Source: Balanoglossus misakiensis (lineage: Eukaryota; Animalia; Hemichordata). Taken from it: a stretch of DNA of 64,000 nt. The stretch is taken from the NCBI GenBank assembly GCA_040954595.2, contig CM082581.2, positions 9,775,878 to 9,839,877 on the forward strand, written 5' to 3'. Positions 33,007 to 46,725 of this stretch are shown piece after piece; the stretch's first letter is position 1; every line of letters starts with the position of its first letter. The position numbers and the translations under genes are program-made. The notes below the pieces were generated by a model. It saw only the letters and a list, made by a program, of their open reading frames with translations, did no database searches and was not told the DNA's origin.

Positions 33007-35025
33007 TTATACTCTGTGAATTTTAGCAGATGACTGCTTGGGTTTTTCTGGGCACCCGAGTACTTTGGCAATGTACGCTTCCTGTTGAAGCTGTATCTGC
33101 ATCTCCGAGAGCTGTTGTTTGTGGTTAAATTTCTGTTTGGCCAGTCTCTGTTTCAGGTCTGTAATGGTTGCATCCTTGGAGTACAGCACATCCTCCTTCT
33201 CCTCACACTGTGCTTCAATCTCTGTAAGCAACAAACACAGAAACAAATCAATAGAGAGTAACAAATAAGAATCAGCATTATTTTGTAGCACAAACATATT
33301 GTGGATGATGCGTAGAGTTTCTTTCGTTCCAGTACACCCTCTATTTACCTAATTAGTCTTGTTTTGCAAGTTTACCTGCAAGTCAAAAGAGTACATACAT
33401 GTATTCAAGAGTAACTTCACAGGTATCAAATCGACTGTAAACAAGCATGCTGAACAGAAATGCTGTCAGTTTTGGGGCATAACAGGAAAGCGCGAAACCA
33501 TAAACCAGGATGCTACAAAATTCGCCACCCACAGACACATTCACAACATTCTGGCTTCTCAACTGGATCGAGAGAAGCAACATACCAATCAATACGCAAA
33601 CAACACTGCAATATTTAAGCAAATCAGAAAGAAAATTGACGAGAAAAACAAAAACAAAGCTCCCAATAACAGGATATGGCAATATTCACAGGAAAAAAAC
33701 AACACCACAAATATAGGCAATGCAGGAAAATACACCTGGAACACTAACAAACTAAGCAGGTAATGACACACATGTCGTTACCTGTATAAATCTAGCCATT
33801 GATATCATAGGTTACTGGAGCCCGATTATCACTTGGGTGGTCATGAAAACCTACAAGAGAAGTTCTTTTTTAACCACAGGGTGACTGTACACTTTCAAAA
33901 GTACAAAAAGGTCACTCACCTGTGCATTTACTCATTAACTCAACATTCTTTGCATTGTCTTTCAGTACTTTACTCTTCATCTGTCCAACACTGAAAGAGA
34001 GCAAAGTGTATGATTGCCGATTCTATTTAATTCACCACACGAGGGCGCTGTTCATACACGTATGTGATAGCAATACTGTTGAGGATGAGTATTCTGATAA
34101 CATTTAAAAAAGAGCCGTTTAAACTACTGTTACTTACACTTGTTCAAATGCTCTTTTCTCCCTCTCAAGCTGCTTGGTCAGGATTTCAATCTCGCCGAGT
34201 GAAAACTGTAACTTGTCTGACTCACTAAGAAGCTTGGCTTTAGTTTTTGCATGTGCAATCTTCTCTTCCTAGACAGAAAACATAACAATCTCATGTTGTC
34301 TCTTTAATTTAATTTTATTAAAGAAAGATATTTCCCCTCTAACTTATTATACAAGTGTCTTTGAATGACCATGTGGTGGTGGCTTTTTTTTATACATGGC
34401 TACCAAGTGACTGTATAGCGCCACTGGTGGGAGAAGTATTTTCAGGATTACCTCAAGTTCTTTGATCACCTTTTCATATAACTGCTTCGACACCATTTCA
34501 TTTTCCGTAGCTTCCATCTGAAAAACAAACAATCATAATTGTCATCCCTGTACCTGGCTGCACTAATTATAACCTTGGTGGGCTGGGGGGCTGGGTCGTG
34601 CGGCGCGGATCGAAGCCCACCAAAGCTTTGCAGCTAAAACTGTACCACAGCCCTGGGCCCAAAATCGGTTTATATCAAAACACATGATACCATTAGTAAA
34701 CAGAGTTGTCATAGCAACTTGACACTCTGACCCAAACATAGGGTTCATTGCACAGTTGCAGTGACAGCTGCATCGCCGGCTACAGTGTACTGCAGGTGAC
34801 ATGACATGACATGACAAGTAGTGTACATGTACATATAGACTGGGGAAGTTGGAACGAATTCAAAATCTAGTCGATTTTTAAACACCCAGCCACTACAATT
34901 TCTCATACCTTTGACTTAAGTCTTTCGTAAGCCTTCCTCTGAGCAACAATAACATCTTGGAGTTGAGTGTGTACGACAAAATCCGTAGAATGCGTCCGTT
35001 CCTCGGTGTTTATTTCTTGCGCCAT
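33007..35025 (-). CDS. SPATA24: Spermatogenesis-associated protein 24, coiled-coil, ~199 aa
   Basis: Exons 35025-34909, 34517-34452, 34268-34138, 33990-33920, 33221-33007 join in frame. The translation QLQDVIVAQ...EEKIAHAKTKAKLLSESDKLQFSLGEIEILTKQLEREKRAFE...QQEAYIAKVL matches recalled vertebrate SPATA24 (EEKAAHAKTKVLL..EEEKLQFALGEVEVLSKQLEKEK). Confidence 0.92.
34705..34718. promoter_or_regulatory. RFX X-box in SPATA24 intron 1
   Basis: GTTGTCATAGCAAC fits the X-box palindrome consensus and lies ~190 bp into intron 1. Confidence 0.45.
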
Positions 35026-38000
35026 TTTGATTTCGCGAATGATGTCACAACTTTAATAGCCAATCATTGCAGTGGAAATACTGGCGAAACAAAAGAGCCA
35101 AAATTGCTCATCGTTGAGGGCTTTTTACCCCTGCACAATTTCTGTTCTCTGTGCGGTGCGAAAGCGACTCGAAGTTTGTTAGTATACTCTCCAAATCATG
35201 CTGAAACCGAAATGCAAACGTCTACAAAATTCATCGCACACAAGAGAGAAGTTTCACAAGCACGAGAGCCGGCAAAACCAGCTGTTTTTGCCGTCTAACA
35301 CAAACAAGGCAAAACCTTGAGCCATTGAACTGCAGCTATTATACTGGATGCGCCATGTATGAGCAATGATGATGATGATGATCATGAGGCAAGGCACTTG
35401 TTGCATTTTAACATTATACTTCTCGCTGATACGCGTAAAACCGCTAATCACATGTTGCTGTAATGCGGCGATTACCGGATGAATTTCACGGGATTTCTTC
35501 AATTCCATGGATATTGATCAATCAGCGCAAAATTTCAAACCCTTGACATACAATATTGTTTTGTTTTTGTTTTGTTTTGTTTTTGTCGATGCTAATCTTG
35601 TGGAAATGAGTCCGTGGGAAATCAGGATGGGGAAAGACCCCTACAATGAATGATTCCCGGAACGAGAGATGACCAAGCGAGCGCTCGCAGCGTGAACCCC
35701 GCTACAAGGACAATAGCGGTGTGAATTCGGGGAACTGTCTGTTGTGCGCACAGTGACTCCCCTTTGTCCTGTCTATTGTCACTCACTCCAGCCATGACTT
35801 TCAACCATACGATAAGCCAGAGACCACAGGCCTTAACGGTCAACGCTCATGGCACACTCATGCCTTCCCCGTGCCAACTTTTGAGTATTCGCAACACGGG
35901 AGGTCGTTTCCATCATCATATATTTAGTACTTTCGTTTTATTTTTGGTCATATGCTCGGTGTATGTTTCCTCATGTCGATAATTGAGACAGGCAGACAGA
36001 TCAGTACCCGGTAGATTAAACGACAAACTGGAAGAACAGGCAACTGACACTGTCGACAACTTTCTGCTAGTCTGTTTAGTCAGAAAGTTACTCATTTTGG
36101 TCACACGCGCCCTTTCATTGACGCAAATTAATCAGCCTATTGGATTTGCTCATTGGAGGTGGGCCTGGCTAATGAGGCACAACATTTTCTTTTGTTACAT
36201 TTGTCGCCAGGGCAGATATTAGTTGCTTAGAGTCACTAACTGTGTTTATTGTTTCCAGATAGGAAATCCTACTTAGGAATTGATGAAAATAATGACGCGC
36301 TTTTTTTTTCTTCCACCCTAAACGGAGCCTAGCCTGAGAAGTCGTTCATTTTGTTTGACCCATGGACAGCTACTACGCATAACTTATTCCCGAAAATTCT
36401 TACCAGCGTTAATAAACAAAGAAAACAGTGCATATTAATGCCAATGAATGTCCTAAGTATTAATTTTCATATTTTATGCAGGGTTTATAACTTCGAATGA
36501 TTATTAACCATTTTTTGCCCACACTGGGGTTGAAAAAACATGGATATTTCCCGAATTATTAGTTTACCGTATATTCATATTGCTGTCTGAGATTGCAAGT
36601 TCCTAGTACTATCAATTTCCAGCAGCTGGGTCAAACTTGACCAAAGTAGACAAGACCAATCTTTTTTTTAATTGTGTCTATTCTTCCCAGAAGGCCACCG
36701 ACTATATAGAACGGGCGGCGTATGGTGGAGATTGCGTCGAGTCTAATTCTACGTGGCCCGCAGACAATGTCCCCAAATAGAAAGTGGCCTTTTCATCTCT
36801 GCGAAGATGTGAACTTCTGAAATTGAAAAGACATTGTGACAATTTGGTGGGTAATCACCAGTGTTGTTAAAGCCTTTATAAAGACTGTTTTGCACGTGCG
36901 GTCGTCCCACTGTCTGTCAACAATTCTGGTGTATAAGTCAGAGACCTTGAGAGTTGGTCCCTCGTGTCGAGACAGCCAGTGGTTGAATGTCTATGGCGGC
37001 TAATTAAGAGACACGTATTAAACATTTGTTGGGTTGCGGACGGTCTGGACACTTCACAGTAATCGGAACACGCGCCAGAACATTTTCAATCGATGACTTG
37101 AATGGCGAATTTCGATTAAGCGGTTTCATGCTATGGCGTTCGTGATCGCTATCTCACAAATCGCGACTGTACTTTGAAGAGTGATGCTACCTTGGACGGA
37201 GAACGCGAGCGCTTTGTGTTGACGTTCGACACTTTGAAAACGTTCTGTGTCTCTCGGAGGATGGCGTTGCTCGTGATACTGCCGCAATATTCAATACTTC
37301 TTTGCGAAATGACCCTTTTTATCCGTGCGCACATTCTAACGCCGAGGCAGAATCGTAACACAATCGAGCTGATCGTGTGTATAGGCCATCGGAAATACCC
37401 ATTCTCCTTGCGCGAGAAACATTTTTTTCTGAAATTTTAAGATGCAAGGTGGTCGGAATTTCTTTGACGCAGAGAGATTGGAAAAACAACAAAAACAGGA
37501 AATAAACAACACTATACAGTATGCGATGACGCAAAAAAGAAGACCTGACATGCCAAACCGATCATGACCGGTTGTTCCAATTCAACTAACACCCTGTGTA
37601 TGTGGATATGTAGCTAGAAACTCAGGCCCCAGTACATGTAAACGATGATTACATGCGCACAAGAAATGTCTAAACGAACTATAGTACTCAATACCAAACC
37701 ATGTTATACAAAATGCACTTGTCTCCACCTACAGTTATTCCGCTCGGCCGGCATCCGTTAAATAATCTCGACGGCGCAATCACTACTTTCTGTTGTCGAT
37801 TAATTTGTCACCGTCCACGCCCAACCAAGCAACAGTAGAGTGTTGCTCCGCCTAGTCACTTTTCAACCGACGTGTCAAATCTTCTCCCCTCTTACCCGTC
37901 CCGACGCGTAGCCTCCACTCCTACGCATCAATCAACCGAATTCAATCGTCAAAATATTTCGAGACAATTTCCGTCGGCGGCCGTAATCTTTCGCCCCATT

Positions 38001-39762
38001 AAAATTAACGGTTTAATCGTAGTGCCGTCGAAATATTTGATCAGCAGCCAATTTCCGCGCGCGGCTGAAGCGCAGTGGCCACAGACAAATTACAGTTGCA
38101 CCTCCAATGAATGCCACTTTTATGCGTATATGAAAAACACCTCGCACAAAGAATGCACTCTGCCGCTTTTATGAAACGGACAATGACTGGCAATGGAGTT
38201 ACTTTAATTAGCCTCCGATAACTATTAACTGTTTCTACGTTCTTGTCGCGAAGACACCATGTGCAGTTGGTCACACAACGACGGCCGGGGAAGAAGGCTG
38301 GGGTTGCCACGCCGCGAATGCGTCACCGGTTGCCCTGGCGATAACGGTGTTCTTCCATGGCCAAGAAGCCTGGTTATATATTTTTTTCTTTGCGAAATCA
38401 TATACATGTATGTCAAACTTTAAATAATAAGCTCAGCATATCGTAAACACAACAACAAGTGTACAATAACAAGTGTACATGATAAACACACCAAAAGCGG
38501 GGGCAGTAATAAGCAAATTAAAGTTTGTGTCTTGGGTTCGGGCAACCGAACAATACTCTACATTACCCCTTACACGTGATATGCAACGTGGTTATTCAAA
38601 TTTTGCTGACATGTCGGAAATAACTTTGAGTGCAAGTTTATTTTTAAACCGAGATCTTAATGGCGACCACTGTCGTTATTATACGCTTGTCTAATTTGCA
38701 ACTGAAAGTACTAACTTTTTTTATTTTCTTGGAAAAGAAATGACAGTATATTTTTTATCGAGATATACAAATGCTGACTCAGCTATCATACGGCAGAGAA
38801 CACTTTTACCCTGTCACCACCACCATGGTTTTTTTCTGAAACTCGGTTAGAACTTTTGGCGGTTGTGTTACTTGTGTTAATTCACCCCTCCCCCACCTAC
38901 TAGTAACAGACAGCAGAGACGAGACTGTCCACGTCAGATTGCATAGATTGTCTGCGCTTATCTTGACGGCCACTGGTTGCAATCTGTTTTAATCCACGGC
39001 TCGTGTCAACTTCGTCAAAACCGCTGCCCCGACTACTTGTTGTGATTCGTCCAATTAGACATCGACAATGCGTTGGATACGGTGTTCTGTCCGTAGCGCG
39101 TGGCGACCAACGTTGTTGAACAAATATAGCTGGCTATGTACCTGGTTACCAGTTTTCTCAAATTGCGTTGGCGCAATCATAGACTTTTTTGCCATGGATA
39201 ACGATCCTCGTCAGAGATTCGTTTTTGCACATTGTCAATAAAATATTCGAGCTCAGGCACCTTGGCATGAATCATTGGGAACACAGGTTTGAAAGATGTA
39301 TGCATAATAAATATTACCACTTTGCCGCAAACTGACATTTAACAAATATGTCATTTCTGGTCGGACATCCCCAGAAAATAGGAATCTCGCGTCGCTCTTT
39401 TTGTGTATTTTAATCGTGGTTTTATCTCCCTTAATCACCGCGTCGTGTCCAAGCCTGTGAAATGTTCTTATTGAAACGAAAGTCCTCGCATGGGAACGGA
39501 AGTCAGTTAGAATAAGGGGCTTGATTGCTCTGACAGGGGCGGCCATTGTTGAGCCGCTCTGCGTTGCCGTGGCGACACGGAGCGCTGGTGACGAAACAGG
39601 TGTCAACCAATGAAATCAGCCCCGAGAAGCGGTAAGAACTTGACAGAGATGTTTTTAAAGCCTTCGCATCTTTGGACATCGTCACATCCAAGACAAATTA
39701 ACGTGGGGGCATCTTCGTACATCGTCGCGTCGCCGCTCAGACCAACGTTCGCCGAAAAAAAC

Positions 39763-42471
39763 ATGGCCCTGTCAGAAAAGGCTCTGGCTTTCTCCATTGA
39801 CTCACTGCTGCAAGAAGACGGTGGCAGAAAAGAGGAGTACATTTCGTCCACGCTGAAGCAATGCGGAATCGACGATGGACTAGATGCGGTGTATTTTTCA
39901 CGACACTGGAACAACAACAGCGACAGCATCATCAACATCATCAACAACAACCACAACACAGACTCGTCGGTATGCTTGGGAAAACGAAACAAGGAAGAGC
40001 GCGACATTCAGCAAAGACGCGACAGTCAGAACGCATTTGGAGACATCGAAATTGAGCGGAGATTAAGCGCAACTCTTTGCGTCGACCCACTGTCATCCGG
40101 AGATTCACAGCACAGACTCCCGCACGAAAGTACCGACCAGAAAGAGATTGGTGGGAGCCACGCGATCCCCACAGTCGACGAAGACTGCCCGCGAAGTCTT
40201 GAGCATCAAACGAACCACAATATGAACTTATCGGCTACAAAAAACGGCATAACTGTTTCTCTGGAAGAGCCGGAGTTATGGACCGAATTTCACAAATGCG
40301 GCACGGAGATGATTCTGAATCGAGCTGGAAGGTAAATATTTTCGAACATTTTCCCCTCTCGCACGTTTCTTAACATGTGAACATGTGTTTGAAGAGATAT
40401 GGTGGTCGGTTGTGTGTTTTTTTCTGATCGACATCTTGACTGCCTGTTGAGGCACGTATTAAATTTAACTTTCTGTTAATCACGATTACATTTGTATTTC
40501 TCATTCTAATTAGGAGAATGTTTCCATGCGTTGTGGCGAGTGTAACAGGTCTTGATCCAACTGCCTTGTATAGTTTTAAAATGGAGATATGTCCGACTGA
40601 TGGCAATCGTTATAAGTTCATCAACAACAAATGGTTACCAGTTGGCAAAGCAGATCCCGCTCTGGCCAACACACCCTTCGTGCACCCAGATTCGCCAGCA
40701 TTTGGAGCGTTTTGGATGAAAACCAAGGTTTCTTTCGCCAAAATCAAAATAACGAACAATAAAGATAACCTAGGAACTCATGTAAGTATGATTGGTCTCT
40801 CTCTCTCTCTCCCTCTCTCTCTCACTCACTCACTCACTCTTCGCTCGCTCTCTCTCTCCCTCTCCCTCCTTCCCTCTCCCCTCGCCCGCTCGCTACAGTT
40901 GCTTTCGTTACCGTTACGCGCTTTCCAATATATGTATATATGAGTCTGTTTGCCTTTCTGACGTGCTTTCTTCTGCTTCTTTATCTGCCATCTCCTCAGA
41001 CCGTGCTGCATTCGATGCATAAATACACACCGGTTATTATGATCAAGAAGGAAAAACCAATTCAATCGGCGGAGGACTCTGAGACTCTGTGCTTCGACTT
41101 CGAAAAGGCATCATTCATCGCCGTCACTGCCTACCAGAATGAACAAGTTACACAACTGAAAATACAGAACAATCCGTTCGCCAAGGCATTCAGAGACGCC
41201 GATGTTACTGCGTAAGTTTTAAGGGTTAAAAGTTGAACGCTCCCTTACGTGTGATGCACTGATACTTATAACCGATGCTTGAGTAGATTGAACAATTCTA
41301 AATATGCCTAATATAATTTCCCTGGTATCTTCGATTGCAGAATACTACAAGGGGCTTACATGTTGACAGGTAGTCCGCTGGGGGCATACCAAGCTATCTA
41401 CGGAAACAATGGTGAGTAGATTATTCTAGTGTTGTTATATATACCGTTTTTTTTTAACTATCTTGTCCATGATGTAGAATCGGTTTACGCAAACAGACTA
41501 TTTTCCGAGCTCCCCGAGACCCTCCGAGATCTCATTATCAACATAGTTGCAAGTTTATGACTCATGTTCGTGTTAGTTCGATAGCTTTAGCCTTTTTGTG
41601 TATTCTCCTGTCTAATTACATGTAATTCACGCCGCTTTTCGTTCAAAAAGATCCCGATTAGAACGATTGGAAATTCTCGTTTCGTTCGAAATTCTGATTT
41701 TTCAAAGGTAAATTGTAAAAATCTTTTGTTTCGACAGCTTTTCCGATGAACGGCGAGACTTTGACGGAAAACACGAAATCGGCCGCAGAGATGTGTCCTA
41801 AGAGAGCGAAAAAATACAGCCATGTTGACGCAACGAGACGTCATTATCTGGCGGAACGGAGACGACTGTCACGATGTTTCGGCAATCGCAGTGCTTCGTC
41901 CAGTATTCTCGAAGATCTGTCCAGCGCTCAATACGCCGATAAAAGCTCGTACTTTGGGGGCAGCTCCGTGTCTTCGCCCGACGTACGTTGCAACTACACA
42001 AGTGAGTGGGGCACCCATCATCATGACGTCAGGACGCCGTTCCTTCGGTACCCATCATCTCGCTCCAGGCCCTACCACCCGGCGACGGTTCGTCACGCCG
42101 CCTCCACATCCGCGCTGGACAAGACCTACCCTCTCCAAATCCCGAAGTACGCCGGCGGACATCTGCCGAAAACCTCCGGCTCGATGTACAGCTACCCATC
42201 CATCGACGAACTGCGCGACCACGGGCGCGTCGAGGGATGCGTTTCCGCACGCACCGCGGCCTGCAGCACAGTATCATCCTCGGCGTGTCATCCTATGCGA
42301 AGCTGGTCGTGCAGTGCTGTTGCCATGGCGTCGCAGTGGGAGGATGACAAAAGCCTGCAATTGTCTGCATCAACAAAATTCAGGACCGCCGCGGAAGTAT
42401 CCGGGAACCTCGAAGAAGATGAGACCGATGAACCGATGGATCTTGCCATTCACAAAGATACCGCACCATGA
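39763..42471 (+). CDS. T-box transcription factor, divergent, subfamily unresolved, ~617 aa (in-frame upstream ATG at 39610 would add 51 aa)
   Basis: Exons 39763-40331, 40514-40781, 41000-41211, 41341-41411, 41738-42471 join in frame. Complete T-box: LWTEFHKCGTEMILNRAGRRMFP...HPDSPAFGAFWMK..VSF...LHSMHKY...FIAVTAYQNEQVTQLKIQNNPFAKAFRD. N-terminal eh1 motif FSIDSLL. Confidence 0.95.
40795..40890. repeat. (CT)n/(CACT)n low-complexity tract in T-box intron 2
   Basis: Directly visible pyrimidine-rich microsatellite. Confidence 0.9.
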
Positions 42472-45400
42472 ACTACAGACGGACATTAATACTTGTACAC
42501 CACAGGCAAAATAGGCGTTCTGAAAGTGAAATGATCCTATGTTTTGACGATAATTAATAAAGAATTATATAATTATCACAATCGAATTAATAGCTGGTCG
42601 GATGCCAAGGAAAATCTCACCCAAAGGATTTTTGTATTGCAAAGAATAATTGTTATATTTATTTTGTTGTAAAGACACTTTTGACGTTTTCTGTAAACTG
42701 CGCACGACCAAGAATCCGGATTGTTCACGCATTCAGCCCGACCCTCGACAACTATGTATGTTGGCAGGCCAGCATAAATTTTAATTTTAATAAATTTTGT
42801 TGTTGCTGTTGGTATTATTGTTGTCGGCAGAACATTAAGCTTTTTTCATGACCAGGACGCCTAAGTCGCCTGTGCTTGGACCGTGGACCGGTCCTTATTT
42901 CACAGATCATGAACATGTCATCGAATTCAACTACTACATGTACTATAAACTCTGGCATGTCAGCAGGATAAAATCGTCATTTCACTTTCTATCTCCCTGA
43001 ACGTCGAAATAAAGAGAAACGATAGGGGCCGTGGATAATTAAACATGCCCAACTGTGTTTCGACTGTCACTGGGAAAAATCTTAAGCGGACTCCCAGAGC
43101 ACGTATACCTCTGGTGTGCACAGCGCCCGCGGAAGGACAATTTAGTCAGTGCAATCGTTTTTCTGACCCCTGTTCCAATTCTACTGCTGTATGTTCGCAC
43201 ATAGTTATTCGGTCGTTGTTCTTGACGTTTTCCCGTGACTTTTCCAGAACGGAAAAGATCACGTACTTCAAATACATAATGTTTGTCAACTGTACGTGGG
43301 CACTTTTGTATGTTGACCCAGGTCTCTACATCAAGTCTGTGAAACCAACCCATGACTTTTCTCGTTTCGGGTTTTAAGTGAGATAATGCTGATTTCTTGC
43401 CTCCTAAAGTATCAAATAGTTTCTTGATAACACTTTAAACATTTTGTTGTAACATGTCGATCCTGCATTTTGTCAATAAAGCCACTATATATGTATTGCT
43501 GATATTGTTGTTGAACATATGGCACACTAGCCAAGCCAAATGGTGATTCAGCATGAAGTGATTTGGTTGTACAATCAAACTATTCCTGATAACATGAGAA
43601 TAGCCAAGAGCCAACGATACATTTTAAAGAACTTTTTAGCTTTTATTCATATATATATAAATATTAGAAGTATTCCAAAAATTACAAAAATATGGATAAA
43701 TTTAAGAACATATTAGTATAGGAAGACGGTCAGCTGAATTGAGACAATCAAAAATACAAAACATGAAAGAAGTTGAAGGTTCTCATGGCATTCCCCTCTG
43801 AATTGGTGCGCTTGTGATGGATGTGGTATTTAGATATGGATTTGCTGGTGTCAAAGCACGGTTAAAGAGTAACATGGTCCGCAGGCTCCACGCTTGCAAA
43901 GACTAGCCTGGATAATTTTAACCGAGCTAAGGGGTCTGTACATGGTCAGGACCCTTTAGCTAAGTTACAAGTATACATGCTGGTCTCTGTGTGGAGATTG
44001 GCGAATATGGTGTTGAGAGTGCAGTCAAAACTGGAATTCTGGAATGCCCTTTGTAAAAAAAACAAGTCAGTGACATTGACAAACATGTACATGTGGGGCA
44101 TCTATGACGCATGGTCAGTTAACATATTGACTAATTACAGATTGGTAATGCGGTATCAATCATGCCAGACCCCCAGAAGAATTAGAACAAATCTGAGCTT
44201 ATGAAGCCCTTGGAAGATATATTACAGGGAATGCTATGGGTTTCAGTGCACTCACAAAATGGTAACCACCAAACTGTCCGATACTGACAATTTTTGTCCA
44301 TGATGGACAACTTACACAGACCAAAACCCCCAGGGCCACAAGAAACACAGAGAAGATTTTTGTGAAAAAAAAAGATATAAAAAATTGTTAAAATGACACT
44401 AAGTATTGTTCTGTGCATAATGACAAAACTATGAATGGTGATTTCCTTAAAAAAGATTGATGTATTTTTTTTTTTGCATTCTACAGAAAGTAAGGACAGT
44501 GTGATGTATTTTACAAATAAAAGTAAAGTCATGAACGCAACAGAAATAGGGAAAAGTAGCTTCTGGTGCAGTTTAATGTGACAATTTAGTTTTACTCTAA
44601 TTTGCATAATTGACAACCAGGTCATTTGCATAGAGAAATACGTGGCTTAATCGATATAATGATCAGCCATGAATATATGAACATCATATGAAAAATATAC
44701 TTGGCAAAAACATGAAGACAGGATTAGAAAATACTGATAAATGCATACATTTGCATATAAATGATACAAAGATGAAAATATTGGTCCCGTTAGTAAAATA
44801 TTTCTAAACCAATATTATGAGCTATGATAAAAACATGAAAATATGGTTTGTTACAAAATTGTACATAGTATCGACTTTGAAAAATTTCTCTCACATGATC
44901 ACTTTGAAGTACAAAAATCTTTATGAAAATATCTTGGTTTCAAAAATATGCCATTGTTTACCATGATTCTATGAAATCTATACAGATATACATGTGCTTG
45001 ATAGCAACTATTTGTGATCTATTACTATTCTGTCTCCCGAAAGCTAAGCTATAAATATTAACACTATTTCACCAAATATTCTATATACTTCTTAATAAGC
45101 CAATTTTATATAAAACTTCCCCTTGAATGGATTACACAAAAATGTGTCTATTAAAAAAGCTTCAAATACCCATCCGAAAAACACCTGGCCTGAAAAAATC
45201 ACTCCCGTAGAAGGGGAGCACTTTCATAAATCTATCAGTATGCTTGGGAAAAAATCAATACATGTATGGATATTTCAGTGGCAAAGGGCAATCTTCATGA
45301 TAGAAGGTTGCACCCTTAATGTGGCCTTAAAAGCACAAAGCTGCAATCTTTTGTCATCGTTTAGTTTTTTGTGTTGTTTCATGTGAAAAGTTGTTAGTTT

Positions 45401-46725
45401 TGTTGTTCTACTTGTTGGTTGTACTCAACGTCCTTGTACAAAAAATGGGTGGAACTTGTACGTAAAGCGCCAAACAATACGAACACAAGGCACGAAACTC
45501 AAACAATGTCAAAAGAGAGCAACTTCTTGCGAGATCTGAACTACTGCACTGGAAAAGAATTAATTCCAGCCATCTTAAAGGTCTGTGAAAATCCTGCATT
45601 ACTTACTAATACTAAGCACCCTTCAACTTTTGGAAAATTATTTTCCAGGAATAGTTGACAAACCAATCCTTATCATAAGTCCTGACTGTGAACAGTATGC
45701 CATGGCGACGGAGTATAATTTGGAAAAATTTTTATAGATAAATTTGACATTGTTGTATCCTCCTTTTTAATCATTTTTACTCTCAACTTGGACTTGCAAA
45801 TTCTTGGTACATGATTTCTTTTAGTGCTCTAAAGTTACTGGACATAATAATGTTAATAATAAATATTGTGTGAGGCACTACAGCAAAATACGAGAATCTT
45901 TGCATAAAAATTTATCCAACACTATAATTGCACATATTTGCATAAATTTACATAATAATATACTTGACTGTGCAGTTGTGTGTTCCTGAACCCAGGTGGA
46001 GAGGTGGTGTCACCTGTATTTGCAAGATTGTTCCCCCTTGCTATTAAGCTTGGACATGGCTTATCCGATTGGGATCTATGTCTAGAATATTTTCTTATTT
46101 TAAAAATTGCAGTTTGAAATTTAAGAGTTGAAAGCTCATCTAAGGCAGTATTTGGTGACAAAATTTACAAACTCATAAAAAATGTAAGACACTTTTCAAC
46201 GGCAATGGAGCAAAGTTTCAACTGACAAGATCAAGTTGAATGGATTATTATGTGCTTATGAAATACTGATATTGTATTCTTGTGAACATTAACCCAATTT
46301 TTTTTTCTGGCAGCATTTCTGTCTCATGACCCTTGACCCTGCTTTTAGCATTTGTCACTCTGCGAACACAGAGTCCATATTTCACATCACCATGGCGATT
46401 GGCAGTTGTTTTAGTAACAGTTTCCACATTGCACATTATTCACTAGTCGGCAACACTATTATGCTAGTGATTCAGAAAATCACAGATGGTCTACTTTTTA
46501 CCCTTGAAACCAGACTGTCCTGGGCACAAGTCACTCTTGTTTCATTCAAGTGTTTGAAATGGAATGTTTTAATAGGGATTTACTAGCTAGGATAAAACCT
46601 GTTATCATCCTATTCAGATGATATCCCACAAGTCTGTGCATAACCAGTATCATCCTGGTTTTCTGGATGATATCCCATAATATTGGACTATTACAATTAC
46701 TTTCAGAGAATCATGGCTACCCGTA

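Noticed and set aside
33359-33771. Cluster of ORFs in SPATA24 intron 4
   Set aside because: A-rich low-complexity composition explains the lack of stops; no recognisable protein.
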